Source: Kiritimatiellia bacterium
Lineage (GTDB): Bacteria > Verrucomicrobiota > Kiritimatiellia > JAAZAB01
NCBI GenBank assembly: GCA_040767085.1
Contig: JAXGPF010000010.1
Span: forward strand, 98,885-162,884
Length of the DNA stretch: 64,000 nt
Direction: 5' to 3'
The number at the start of each line of letters is the position of its first letter. Position 1 is the stretch's first letter. The notes below the pieces were generated by a model. That model saw only the letters and a program-made list of their open reading frames with translations. It was not told where the DNA came from and searched no databases. The translations under genes and the position numbers were made by a program. Shown in pieces: positions 47,531 to 57,703 of the stretch.

Positions 47531-50500
47531 ATGCGCAATATTATGTTGGCATTGCCGGTATTGATTGCATATTGGAACGTGGCTGGCGTTGTTCAGGCGG
47601 CGCCCATCAATATTCCGGAATCCGGGCCTCCCAAAATTGACGGCATCGTTGATGACGATTGCTGGCGAACCGCGACGAAGCTGGATGTCCTCCATCTGGC
47701 GGGCGCCGATCCGGCGAAGGCTTCGGATGAAACAACCTTCCGGCTGTGCCGCGACGATGCCTGGCTTTACATCGCCGTGCAATGTTCCAATCCGGACATG
47801 CCGCATGTCGAACAGACTGTTTTTGCGCATGACGGACCGGTGCAAAAGGACGAATCGGTGGAAATCTTCATTGATCCGGGCACGGACGGCAAAAATGTCA
47901 GGCACTTCATGCTCAATTTCGCCGGCGTGCAAACGGAAAAAACCTTTGGGTTGTCGGGTGCGAATCCGAGGGTTAACTGGGGTTGCCCCTGGCGGGTTGC
48001 GGTCCGGCGCCTGCCGGCAGGCTGGGAAGCTGAAATGGCGATTCCGCTTTACGCACTGCAAGGCGGCCGGCTCGACGATACCCGGATCAACCTGCTGCGC
48101 AACCGGATCGTCCCCGAAATCGACGAGATGGGCGCCAAGCAGGGCGAACGCCGGGAATATTACGTTCTGGCGGCGGCGCAAAATGCCAAGGATGCGTCGG
48201 GCTACCTGCCGGTTGCCGGGTTGGATGACCAGCCGGCGGTCCAACCGTTTGCGCCGCGGATTGACGGCGTGGAGTTGGGCGGTTTTGATGAAGACGCCAC
48301 CGGCTATTCTTATAACATGACCTTGTCGCTTTCAACCGCGACGCGCATCGGCGGGACGGCGGATGTCTGGGTGATTGAAACCCGGGATGGCGCGGCGGTT
48401 GAGCATCAATGCCGGCCAGTTGAATTGCCGCGTGAGAATAAAGTCGTGGTCAGCGTGCCTTTGAACGATTTCAATGAACGCGCGATCAGGGTGATCTTGC
48501 GCGATCAGGGCGGCAGCCTGTTGGCGGCCGCCGCCGTTCCGGACAGCCGGCATCTGGCGATTGTGCGGGATGCGTTCGTGGGGCGTAGTTATTACACCAC
48601 GGAGACCAACGCCGAATTGAGGATTGCTCTGGGTGCGCCTGATCGGATGCGCGCGAAAATCTCGTTGCGGGTGACGGCGGCCGGTCAGACGGTATTCGAG
48701 CAGGCACAGCCGGATCCGGAACTGACCGCCGTCGTGCCGCTGGCCGGCCTGGCGTTCGGCCGCAACCCGGTGCATCTCAGCATCATGGATGCCGGTCGCG
48801 AAATTTACGGCGCGGATTATGAAATCATAAAACTTGCGCCGCGCCCCGGCTGCGAAGTCAAGGCGGATTACATCCGCAAAGTGCTGCTGAAAGACGGCGT
48901 GCCGTTTTTCCCGTTGGCGATGATAGCGCATCATATTCGCCATGAGCGCCATTTTCAAAAACTTGCCGAACTGGGATTCAATACCGTGCAAATCTGCAAC
49001 GTGGGCGATCAGCCGGAATTGGTGGATTTAGCGGCAAAACATGGCTTGTATGTCATGGACTGGGGCCTGAATAAAATTGACATCAAAGCCTGGGACGGCT
49101 TGCCGGCCGCGCGCACAAATTATGCGAATATGTTGCCGAAATACCGCCAGGCGGCGCAAGCTCTGGCCGACCGCACGAATTTCCTGATGCGTTTTCAGGT
49201 GGATGAACCCAACCTGGACGCCGCCGATGTCAACCTGCAGGCGATGAAATGGTTTTATAATGATATGCTGGCCGTTGATCCCTATCGCCCCTTTTTGTTG
49301 AATTTCAGCAAATATCTGCCGCCGGGCAAGGAATGGACCGCGTATGCCGAGGCGCTCTCGGACGATATCTATCCCCGGCCCTGGACCGGCGTCGGCCTGC
49401 TTGCCGAGCCCGGTCTGGGACAGGCCTATTATGCGGAAAAATTACGGCAACGCTGCGAGCAGGATCATAAGTTGATGTTCATGGTGCCGTTGGCCGGGCA
49501 GCATTCGATACAAAAAGGGCAGGTGGGTCTGAGCCGTCGGCAAACCTTGTGCCAGAATTATGTCAACTTGATCTTTGGCGTCAAGTGCCTGGATTTCTTC
49601 TGTATTACCACGCCAAGCAGCGCCGCCGCCTGGGATGATCTGGGGGAATTATGCGCGCAGGTTAAGCAATTGATTCCGGCGTTGATCCATGATGAAGTTG
49701 CGCAGAATGTGCAATACCCCGGCCAGGCATACGATCCCGCGGGTGCGCTGTTTCCCCAGGTATTGGGTCGGGTTTTCCAATACCCCGACGGCCATTACGT
49801 GTTGCTGGCGGCCAATCTCCGGCATTTTGCCGCGGAAGTCGGATTTCAATTGCCGGGCGTCATGGGCGCGACGCCGATGTTCGACGCCCGGGAGCGTCTG
49901 GCTGCAGCCGATGGTGTGTTCCACGAGCGCTTGGAGCCGTTTGGCACTCGCGCCTATCGGCTGGATGGCGAACTGAAAACGCCCTTGGCATTGGCCATTA
50001 CGCCCCGCTCGGACGAATCGGAGCAGGCGCCTTCGGTGGATATTCCGGGTGTCATCCAGCGGGTGCAGGCCGGCAAAAATCATTGTCCAAATCCCTGCTT
50101 CGAACGCCAGCTCATTCCCGGCAGCCCGGATTTTTACAAGCCCTTCATCAATCAGGACGATGAAATTGATTACAATTTCACCCGCACCGGATCGGTCTGG
50201 TACGTGGATGCGGATATGCGATGGAATGGACATCCATCCCTGCGGATGGACCGGTCGCAGCCATGCCCTAAAAGCCGTGGCTTCTTTGGCGCTTGTTACC
50301 CGCCCATCCCGGACCAGCCGGAGCAGATGGTGTTTTCGTTTTATGCCAGAGGCGCCAAGGCCGGCGACCGCGTTTTGGCGAATCTGATGACGCTGTCGCG
50401 CCCGGTGGAAGTGCGCAAGACTTTTGATTTGACCACGGAATGGCAGCGCATAGTTATGCCCTTTACATTGCATCCGCGTCCCGATGGCCGAAGTGTCCCG

Positions 50501-50611
50501 GTCAGGACATTTATCGTCATGCCGCTTGACGGCGCGGAGGTTTGGGTCAGCGGCCTCCAATTGGAAAAAGGGGGGAAACCGACGGAATTCCAGGATGATT
50601 CGGGCTACTGA
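47531..50611 (+). CDS. Secreted CBM9-like + GH-like TIM barrel + CBM protein
   Basis: Signal peptide; PPKIDGIVDDDCW; DGVPFFP, GFNTV, VDEP, DIYP; C-terminal VFSFYARG...LTTEWQR...LQLEKG. Confidence 0.7.
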   Translation: MRNIMLALPVLIAYWNVAGVVQAAPINIPESGPPKIDGIVDDDCWRTATKLDVLHLAGADPAKASDETTFRLCRDDAWLYIAVQCSNPDMPHVEQTVFAHDGPVQKDESVEIFIDPGTDGKNVRHFMLNFAGVQTEKTFGLSGANPRVNWGCPWRVAVRRLPAGWEAEMAIPLYALQGGRLDDTRINLLRNRIVPEIDEMGAKQGERREYYVLAAAQNAKDASGYLPVAGLDDQPAVQPFAPRIDGVELGGFDEDATGYSYNMTLSLSTATRIGGTADVWVIETRDGAAVEHQCRPVELPRENKVVVSVPLNDFNERAIRVILRDQGGSLLAAAAVPDSRHLAIVRDAFVGRSYYTTETNAELRIALGAPDRMRAKISLRVTAAGQTVFEQAQPDPELTAVVPLAGLAFGRNPVHLSIMDAGREIYGADYEIIKLAPRPGCEVKADYIRKVLLKDGVPFFPLAMIAHHIRHERHFQKLAELGFNTVQICNVGDQPELVDLAAKHGLYVMDWGLNKIDIKAWDGLPAARTNYANMLPKYRQAAQALADRTNFLMRFQVDEPNLDAADVNLQAMKWFYNDMLAVDPYRPFLLNFSKYLPPGKEWTAYAEALSDDIYPRPWTGVGLLAEPGLGQAYYAEKLRQRCEQDHKLMFMVPLAGQHSIQKGQVGLSRRQTLCQNYVNLIFGVKCLDFFCITTPSSAAAWDDLGELCAQVKQLIPALIHDEVAQNVQYPGQAYDPAGALFPQVLGRVFQYPDGHYVLLAANLRHFAAEVGFQLPGVMGATPMFDARERLAAADGVFHERLEPFGTRAYRLDGELKTPLALAITPRSDESEQAPSVDIPGVIQRVQAGKNHCPNPCFERQLIPGSPDFYKPFINQDDEIDYNFTRTGSVWYVDADMRWNGHPSLRMDRSQPCPKSRGFFGACYPPIPDQPEQMVFSFYARGAKAGDRVLANLMTLSRPVEVRKTFDLTTEWQRIVMPFTLHPRPDGRSVPVRTFIVMPLDGAEVWVSGLQLEKGGKPTEFQDDSGY

Positions 50612-50612
50612 A

Positions 50613-53600
50613 ATGAGCATACCGGAACAGATAATCTTTCAGGACGATTTTGCGGTGACGCCGGACCACGCTTATCCCGCCAATTGGCAGTGCGACCAGG
50701 CGGGCGAAAAGCCGTTTTTGCTCGCCGGGGTCATCGGCCGGGAATTTTGCCTGTTTACCCGCGGCAACCGGCATATTCCCCGCACCCCGCCTTTGCGTGA
50801 TTTTACGTTGGAATTCGATTTGCGCGGCGACATTTATTGCGGGCGCCTGGGGATCGAACTGCTCTTGCGTTACGATCCGGCCGCGCGTTCAGGCTGGCTC
50901 CTGCGTTACCATTGCGGAGTCAGCGGCAATCAAACCAATGTCAAACAGCGCGAACTGGCGGAATATGAGTGCGAGTTGCTGCGTTATGACGGCCGCCGCG
51001 CTTTTGGCAAATGCCAGCCGGTGGCGGCCGCTAAAATCCCGGGGTTCATCAGGGATTTGTCCGTTAAATACCGCGTGCGATTGCTGGTGCATGACGAGCG
51101 TCTGGAATTCTTTCATGGCGGCGCCGCCATCCTGGCGGCGGCCATTACCGCCGGCGCGCCGGATGCCGGTTGCCTGGCCTTCGATCAATCCCGCCGCTGG
51201 TCCGGCTGGGGTGGCGCGCCGCGGATTTCAGCGTTGACCATTGCCGCCAAGCTCGCGCGGGATGAACAAGTGTTGCGTCCCGAGACGTGCACGGCATTCC
51301 CGGCCGGGCCTAACGGCATCATTTCCCCGTATTATTTCCACACGGCGGTTGGACGCGTTAACGGCTTGACGCATCTGCGTTTGAAATTGACCGGCGGCCC
51401 GGCCAAGGCGCCGGTTTACCCGGATATTGACCGCTACCGGCTGAATGAAAAAATGTTCAATCCGTATGTGCGGTTGGAGTCCGCCGCCGGCCGGGATTTG
51501 GGGCGGTTTTTACTGGCGAAGGGTTCAGCCGGCCTGGCCGGATATCACTGGAATGTTCTGGCGACTTCCCTGCTGCCGGCGGATCATGAATGCCCGATGG
51601 AACGCGAGGTTGTCCTGGATGACTGGCCCGCGGGCGTGCGAATTTTTATTGGCTATGAAAAATATATCGCCGAGGATTCCATCGGCAATACCGGCGGACC
51701 GACCGAGGCGCTTTTGGACGCCGGCGGCAACGTCGTGCATGCCGGCCCCGTTTTGCGCAGGGGCGATGTTCAGTTCGAAATTATTTCGCCGCCGGACAAG
51801 CAGGTCTGCGCGCGGATCCCGCCGGACTTGCCGCGCCATGCGGCGGCAATGGAATTTGCCAGGCGCAATCATTTTTTTTGCGAGGGAGAGCCGGTGCGGT
51901 TTGCCGTGACGCTTTACTCGCGGGATGCCAGCCTCGAGGTAGATGCTGTCAAGGCGGCGGTCCGGGTGGAGGATGTGTTCGGGGATCAAGTAGGCCCGGG
52001 GCGGGAATTGCGTTTGCATCACGCGCCGGGAAAATTGGACTTGGCGGGCGCGCGGGTGTTTTCCACCGGTTGGTTCGCCTTGCCGGTCACGCGCGTCGGC
52101 GTTTACCATTTGCGAGTCCGGCTGGCCGGCGCGGGCACGCCTGAGCAGCGGCGCGCTTTTGAGATCATGCCGGCCGCCCCGGATGGTCGTTCGGCGCAGT
52201 TGGCGTCGGGATTGCCGGAGCTATGTCCCTGCGGCCTGGCGGGAATCCTCAACGAGCATTTCAATCCCTGGAGCCCGGCCGTGGCGGACACGGCGCATTA
52301 CAACAATGTCGGCAACAATTTTTACAAGGTGGCGCGTGAATGGCGGGCGCCGGAACTGTTGCGCGCATACCGCCGCAAATGGTTCTGCCGCGCCGGCGCG
52401 GCTTATGCCACGCTTTACGGTGAACGCGGCATTGCTCCCAACCGTGATTTGATCGCGCAAGCGGATATGGCCCTGGCCGGCCTGCGCCGCGCCGACCTGC
52501 GTTTCCGGGCGGCATACAAGGATGAATTTGTATTCCAGAAGCTGCTGGAATTCCTTGGTCGGCCGGGTTTTGCGAGGGCGGGGGGCGGGGAGTTGAATCA
52601 TGCCGCCCTGGCTGCCGGCCCGGCGCAGGACGGGTTGACGCCCGCGCAATTCCAGGAGTTGGTGGCGTGTCACTGGAAATCCTGGCTGATATTCTTTGCG
52701 GCGGCCAACGAGGAACTCGGCCGGGCAAGCGCGCGGGAAATTCTGGCAATCAATCCGCGTTGCGAGCCGTCATATTACGGCATCTACCCGGTTTATGCCG
52801 CGCCTTACAAGAGCGGCGGGTATTTTCCGCTGCAGTTCGGGCTGGACTTGCGCCGCCGCTGGTCGGGATTCCTGCCGGGCGCCGCCATCCTGGAGGATTA
52901 CCCGTATTCGTCCGGATATCCCATGGCCCGGGGCATTTACGCCTTGGCCACCTGCAAGCTGGAAGATCCGCAGCGTAAAATTTATCCGGAAATGTTCGGA
53001 TTGAATGGCGAAACCGCCGATCCGCGCCCATTGATGGCGTTTCCGCCGCTGGGCCGCTCGAATCCGCCGCCCGGTTATCTGCTCAAGCAGTTTTATGAAT
53101 ACTGTTTCGCATCCGTCTGGTTCGATCGCGCGGGATTCCATAATTGGACGGACCACGGCTATTCGCCCAAAACCTGGAGTCCGGAAAATTACCGGGAATT
53201 GCTTTATGCCTATGCGTTTGTCAACAAGGTTAAGCCCGCCCGGCCGCTGCGCACCACCGCGTTTGTTTTCAGCCGCGCCGCGTGCCTGGCGCATCCGGAT
53301 TACTGGGATGCGGATGAAGAACTGTGCCGCGAAGGCTCGGTCATCAACACCGCCGAGGAAGCCGCGGCTTTTGCATATGAGCAGGCGCGGCAGGATGGCC
53401 AATTGGCCGGATTTGTTGTTAAAATGGAGGATTTGGAGCATCTGCCGGCGGCGGCGGCGGACATGCTGGTGCTGCCGCCGCTTTGCGGGGTCAGCGATGC
53501 CGCCAAAGCGGTCATCCGCAAACTGCACGAGCAGGGCGCGGGCCTGCTCGGGTTTGAGGATGTCTCCGGGTTGGAGGATTTATTCGGCGTGACGGCTGCG

Positions 53601-54176
53601 CCGGCCGTCAGCGCCGGCCGGATTTTCCCCGGCGCGCATCCGGCTGCCGCGGCTTGGGATGGTATGCGCGATGAAGCCGACCATCCGCTTTGCGTGATCC
53701 GGCATCGCGCGACTACCGCGCAAATCCTGCTGGCCAGCTCGGGCGGTTTGCCGGCCTTGACGGTGAATGATACCGCCTGGGGGCGCGCCGCATTTTGGGC
53801 GTTGCCGCCCACTTGCGTCAGCCGCGCCCGAGCCTTGGGTCCGACCAACGGCCAGGTCTGCAACAGCGATCTGGCCGCGGCGGCAACCCGGCTGGCCATG
53901 CGCCTGGCGGGCAACAAGGAGGCGGAAACCAACGCCGGTGTCCTGATCGGGTTCCGGGATGCCGATGACCATGCGCATGTCATTGTTGCGGAAGACCGGC
54001 ATCCGGCGCCCGGCCGGCCGATCCGGCCGCTGGTCCGCATCAAAATTCCGGGGATTAAGCCGGAACATATTTCATCCGACAAGCAATTTGAAATTGTTGC
54101 GGCCGGGGGCTCCGAAACGTTGCTGCGGTTTGCCCTCGCCGCGCATGAGTCCGTCCGGATACGGGTGGCCATGTAG
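50613..54176 (+). CDS. Large hypothetical protein, probably glycan-active
   Basis: 1187-aa ORF starting 1 nt after the upstream stop; C-terminal region resembles a beta-galactosidase trimerisation domain; operon context. Confidence 0.6.
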   Translation: MSIPEQIIFQDDFAVTPDHAYPANWQCDQAGEKPFLLAGVIGREFCLFTRGNRHIPRTPPLRDFTLEFDLRGDIYCGRLGIELLLRYDPAARSGWLLRYHCGVSGNQTNVKQRELAEYECELLRYDGRRAFGKCQPVAAAKIPGFIRDLSVKYRVRLLVHDERLEFFHGGAAILAAAITAGAPDAGCLAFDQSRRWSGWGGAPRISALTIAAKLARDEQVLRPETCTAFPAGPNGIISPYYFHTAVGRVNGLTHLRLKLTGGPAKAPVYPDIDRYRLNEKMFNPYVRLESAAGRDLGRFLLAKGSAGLAGYHWNVLATSLLPADHECPMEREVVLDDWPAGVRIFIGYEKYIAEDSIGNTGGPTEALLDAGGNVVHAGPVLRRGDVQFEIISPPDKQVCARIPPDLPRHAAAMEFARRNHFFCEGEPVRFAVTLYSRDASLEVDAVKAAVRVEDVFGDQVGPGRELRLHHAPGKLDLAGARVFSTGWFALPVTRVGVYHLRVRLAGAGTPEQRRAFEIMPAAPDGRSAQLASGLPELCPCGLAGILNEHFNPWSPAVADTAHYNNVGNNFYKVAREWRAPELLRAYRRKWFCRAGAAYATLYGERGIAPNRDLIAQADMALAGLRRADLRFRAAYKDEFVFQKLLEFLGRPGFARAGGGELNHAALAAGPAQDGLTPAQFQELVACHWKSWLIFFAAANEELGRASAREILAINPRCEPSYYGIYPVYAAPYKSGGYFPLQFGLDLRRRWSGFLPGAAILEDYPYSSGYPMARGIYALATCKLEDPQRKIYPEMFGLNGETADPRPLMAFPPLGRSNPPPGYLLKQFYEYCFASVWFDRAGFHNWTDHGYSPKTWSPENYRELLYAYAFVNKVKPARPLRTTAFVFSRAACLAHPDYWDADEELCREGSVINTAEEAAAFAYEQARQDGQLAGFVVKMEDLEHLPAAAADMLVLPPLCGVSDAAKAVIRKLHEQGAGLLGFEDVSGLEDLFGVTAAPAVSAGRIFPGAHPAAAAWDGMRDEADHPLCVIRHRATTAQILLASSGGLPALTVNDTAWGRAAFWALPPTCVSRARALGPTNGQVCNSDLAAAATRLAMRLAGNKEAETNAGVLIGFRDADDHAHVIVAEDRHPAPGRPIRPLVRIKIPGIKPEHISSDKQFEIVAAGGSETLLRFALAAHESVRIRVAM

Positions 54177-54800
54177 CAGGAAAAGATAAACACAAGGCGA
54201 AGGGGAGCAATATGGACCGGATGCTCGAAAATGCCCGGATTACGCTGGCAGCCGCCTGCCGGGCGCAGCCCGGGGAATCGGTGTTGATCATTCACAGCAA
54301 TGAAGGCCGATACCCGGAATATGCCGCGGCCCTGGAGCGGGCAGCGTGGGATTTGAAACTTATGCCGATGGCCATCAATACTGCGCCTTTGAAAAGCTTG
54401 TTCAAGGGCAGGAAGCCGGGAGAACTGGTGCTGCCGCCATTGAAGGCGGCGTTGGAAGCGGCGGATATAACCATAAAAATCAGGCCTGGTTCATTTTCGG
54501 GTAACACTTTTCCGGTAAAATCGTCCGGTGTTTCCCGCAAAATCACCATTCGTTTATGCGGGTTGTTCAGGCTGTGGACTGCCAAGCTCCGCCGGGAGCG
54601 CTGCCGCCATTCCCCCGAACCCCCGCGTTTCTCCAACCTGTTTTTTTGAAAGACAATTCCCCCAAAAAACTGGCGTAAGAATAGCCGCATTGGACGTCCG
54701 CTGTCAAGTAAAAAAAACGCGGAAAACCGGGGGGGGGTAATTCGTTGATATTCAATCGGTTACGACAAGAAGAAAAATTTAATATTTTTTTAGAAAAATG

Positions 54801-54829
54801 TTGACGCCGCGGCGTTTTTTTTGTATCTT
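54801..54829 (+). promoter_or_regulatory. Putative sigma70 promoter of the IS genes
   Basis: TTGACG-N17-TATCTT; IHF-consensus-like palindrome upstream at 54738-54762. Confidence 0.55.
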
Positions 54830-54869
54830 GTGTCTTGTTGTAATAATCTAATCAGAAAGGAGTTGCCCC

Positions 54870-55232
54870 ATGTCCGCTACACGCATCGCCGAATCGAAAC
54901 CAAAATCCCGCGCCATGGCGCTGGCATCCTGCCAGGGCCTTATCAAAGCCTCGCTTTGCAAAACCCGTGTCCAGTGCGGCAAACCCACATGCCGCTGCGC
55001 TAAAAATTCTCGGTTCCGCCATACCGCTTTGACTTTCACCTACAAGCACAAAGGCCGGAGCATGGGGCTGCACGTGCCGAAAAGCATGGAAGCGGAAGCC
55101 CGCCGGGCGGCGGAGGATTATCGGAAGTTGAAAAAACTTGTTCAGAGGATTTCAGATTCCAATCTGAAAAAGTTCCGTCGCGGAATTGCCGTGAAAACTA
55201 AATCGCGCCAACGGCGCAAATCACACGCTTGA
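54870..55232 (+). CDS. IS accessory protein, DUF6788-like
   Basis: Basic 120-aa protein with ASL....QCGKPTCRC.....H motif; AGGAG SD. Confidence 0.75.
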   Translation: MSATRIAESKPKSRAMALASCQGLIKASLCKTRVQCGKPTCRCAKNSRFRHTALTFTYKHKGRSMGLHVPKSMEAEARRAAEDYRKLKKLVQRISDSNLKKFRRGIAVKTKSRQRRKSHA

Positions 55233-55238
55233 GGAGAC

Positions 55239-56732
55239 ATGCCCATGTTGACTGCGTCAAGAGATTGTCCGTCTTCCGCAAAAAATCTGCCGCCGCGCGC
55301 GCGCCAGGCATTGGCTGTCGCGGCGTTGTCGCGGAAAACACCGGTCTCACGGCTGGCCGCCGCCAGCGGTGTCAGCCGGAAGTTTGTGTATCGGCAATCG
55401 GCAAAAGCGAACAATATTTTAGACCAAGCGTTCGACGACAAATTCCCCGACGAGGAGGTCTTGTTTTATCTGCCGGTGACAAAGGCATGGCTCCGTAAAG
55501 CCGTTCTCGGTCTGGTTTTAATCTGTCACAGCTCATTCCGGGGCGTGGTGGAGTTCATGCGCGACCTGCTGGACTTCGATATTTCCATTGGCTCCGTGCA
55601 TAACACGCTTATGGATGCCGTTGGCAAAGCTAAAACCGTTAACGCCAACGAGCGTTTGGAGTCTGTCAGAGTCGGCGCCCATGATGAAATATTCCAGGCG
55701 CGGCAGCCGGTATTGGTCGGCGCGGACGCTGATTCCACATATTGCTATCTTTTGAGTCTGGAAAACTCGCGCGATGGCGACACATGGGCATTGCGGCTGA
55801 TGGAGCTCGGCGACAAAGGCCTTCAGCCGGATTACACTGTTGCCGACGGCGGCTTGGGACTCCGAGCCGGGCAAACGCTGGCATGGCCGGATATTCCATG
55901 CCGGGGAGATGTGTTTCACGCACTCTTGGATATGGGGCGACTGACGGTATATCTGGAGAATCGCGCATTCGGCGCAATGTCGGCTCTCGAAAAAACGGAG
56001 GCAAAAATGACCAAAGCAAAAAGAAAAGGCAATGGCAACAAATACTCGAAACGTCTCGCCGTGGCCGGTCAGGCCGAAGCCGCGGCTATCAATCTGGCCG
56101 ATGATATAAGCACCTTGGCCGGATGGCTGCGCAACGATATTCTTTCTCTGGCGGGCGGCAACGTTGACACCCGCCGGCAACTGTTGGATTTCGTGATTGA
56201 ATCGTTGCGGCAAAGAGAACATCTGCGTCCGCACAGAATCCAGCCGGTGCGTGTCATGTTGGAAAACCAACGCGACCTGCTCCTGGCCTTTGCGCAGGAA
56301 ATAGACGATAGGCTCATTGCATCCGCCAACGAACTCAACTTGGATCCATCCGATATGCGCCGGCTCTTTAATCAGCGCATCAAGGAACGCGCGTCCGACC
56401 AGGACCACATTGCTGATGATATTCCGTGTGAACAATCAGATGAACAATCAGGCGCCGCGGAGCAAAGCGTCCGGAAAATCATCGCCGGCGTTGTCCGCGC
56501 CAGCTCCATTATTGAGAACATCAACAGCCGTCTCCGGCGCTACTTTTTCCTGCGCCGCCAGATCGGAAACGGCTATCTGGACCTACTCCGTTTCTTCTTC
56601 AACCATCGGCGATTCCTGCGCAGTGAACATCCCGAGCGCGTTGATAAAAGTCCCGCCGAATTACTATCCGGCAAAACTCATCCGCACTGGCTGGAATTGC
56701 TGGGGTTTGAAATGTTCAAGCGCGCGGCTTGA
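55239..56732 (+). CDS. Putative DDE transposase
   Basis: N-terminal HTH (VSRLAAASGVSRKFVY); candidate D (AHDEIF), D (TVADGG), DxxH (GDVFHA), E (SSIIENINS); lies inside the IRs. Confidence 0.8.
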   Translation: MPMLTASRDCPSSAKNLPPRARQALAVAALSRKTPVSRLAAASGVSRKFVYRQSAKANNILDQAFDDKFPDEEVLFYLPVTKAWLRKAVLGLVLICHSSFRGVVEFMRDLLDFDISIGSVHNTLMDAVGKAKTVNANERLESVRVGAHDEIFQARQPVLVGADADSTYCYLLSLENSRDGDTWALRLMELGDKGLQPDYTVADGGLGLRAGQTLAWPDIPCRGDVFHALLDMGRLTVYLENRAFGAMSALEKTEAKMTKAKRKGNGNKYSKRLAVAGQAEAAAINLADDISTLAGWLRNDILSLAGGNVDTRRQLLDFVIESLRQREHLRPHRIQPVRVMLENQRDLLLAFAQEIDDRLIASANELNLDPSDMRRLFNQRIKERASDQDHIADDIPCEQSDEQSGAAEQSVRKIIAGVVRASSIIENINSRLRRYFFLRRQIGNGYLDLLRFFFNHRRFLRSEHPERVDKSPAELLSGKTHPHWLELLGFEMFKRAA

Positions 56733-57615
56733 ACGACCATAATCCCGCCCAAGTCCGATCAAATTCTTGCGCATTCATGCGTGACAGGCGTATACTGCCT
56801 TCTGTTACCCAAAAAGGCATGTTTTTGAACCATGCCAAAAATCACATCCTTCCCGGGATATAACCTGATGTATGGCATTCCCGGGATCAATGACTCGTTC
56901 CTGACGGGCCGGCAGCGGCGCATGCTATTGATGCCCGGGATGGAGTCGTGGGAAATGACGACAGAGGCCGTGGCCGGTATCCGCATCCGCACGGAATGGC
57001 TGGACGCGCGGCTGCGCCGGACCGGATGCGTCCGGGTGACTTCTCCCGCCGGCACGGATTTTTCCTTTGCGCTGGGTGCAAAATCGAAGTGGGTGCCTAT
57101 CCTCGGAATCGTTCCGCTCTTTGGAGAAATCGCCATTACGCCGCAACTGGGCACGGAAAACGGCGTTTTCGTGGTGGATGGTCCGACGGCCAGCGCCGTC
57201 CGGCCGCCGGCGGAATTGGACCGCATGCCGCTGGAAATCGTGGTGGAAAACGGCGCAATCAAGGAAAAACGCGGCGATCCGGAGCAGTTGGCGCGCCTGG
57301 AGCGGACCATCGCGAATGCCAGGCCGCCGGTTGCGGTGGTGGACGAGGTGGGGCTGGTGACCACCCCCATTGCCGCCAATGACGCTTGTTGGCACGACGG
57401 CACACACCAGCACGACACCGTCCATATCGCCCTGGGCAATAATCTCGATCGCGACAACATGGTGCATGGAAGTTTTCACGTTGATTGCGAAATCAAACAG
57501 CCCGCGGTATATCTGGATGGCCAATTGATCATGGAGCAGGGCGCCTACTGTGTGCCGGCGGTGGATGTTCTGCCTGTGTCATAAATACAACAAGGGGAGG
57601 AAAAGGATGGTTAAG

Positions 57616-57640
57616 ATGGAGGGCGAAGCTGTGCTGAGCC
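57616..57640 (+). repeat. REP-like 25-bp element, copy 2
   Basis: ATGGAGGGCGAAGCTGTGCTGAGCC. Confidence 0.75.
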
Positions 57641-57703
57641 GTTCCGGTTCATCCATAAAATTTATTGGTTTAGATTTTTGGGCAAAAGGGTAACGGAGAG
57701 GAG

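Larger units (their letters stand above)
54483..56836 (+). mobile_element. 2354-bp two-ORF insertion sequence (Mutator-like/unclassified)
   Basis: Terminal IRs GGCCTGGTTCA / GGCATGGTTCA; 8-bp TSD AAAAATCA at 54475-54482 and 56837-56844. Confidence 0.92.
54212..57584 (+). pseudogene. Aminopeptidase T / M29-like metalloprotein gene interrupted by an IS
   Basis: Removing 54483-56844 rejoins the frame: ...EAADITIKITSFPGYNLMYG...; motifs TSPAGTDF, GEIAITP, DEVGL, TVHIALGNN, HVD. Confidence 0.85.

Noticed and set aside
54463-56865. GGATATAACC as the IS target duplication
   Set aside because: Joining at this repeat shifts the reading frame; AAAAATCA abuts the IRs and restores the frame.
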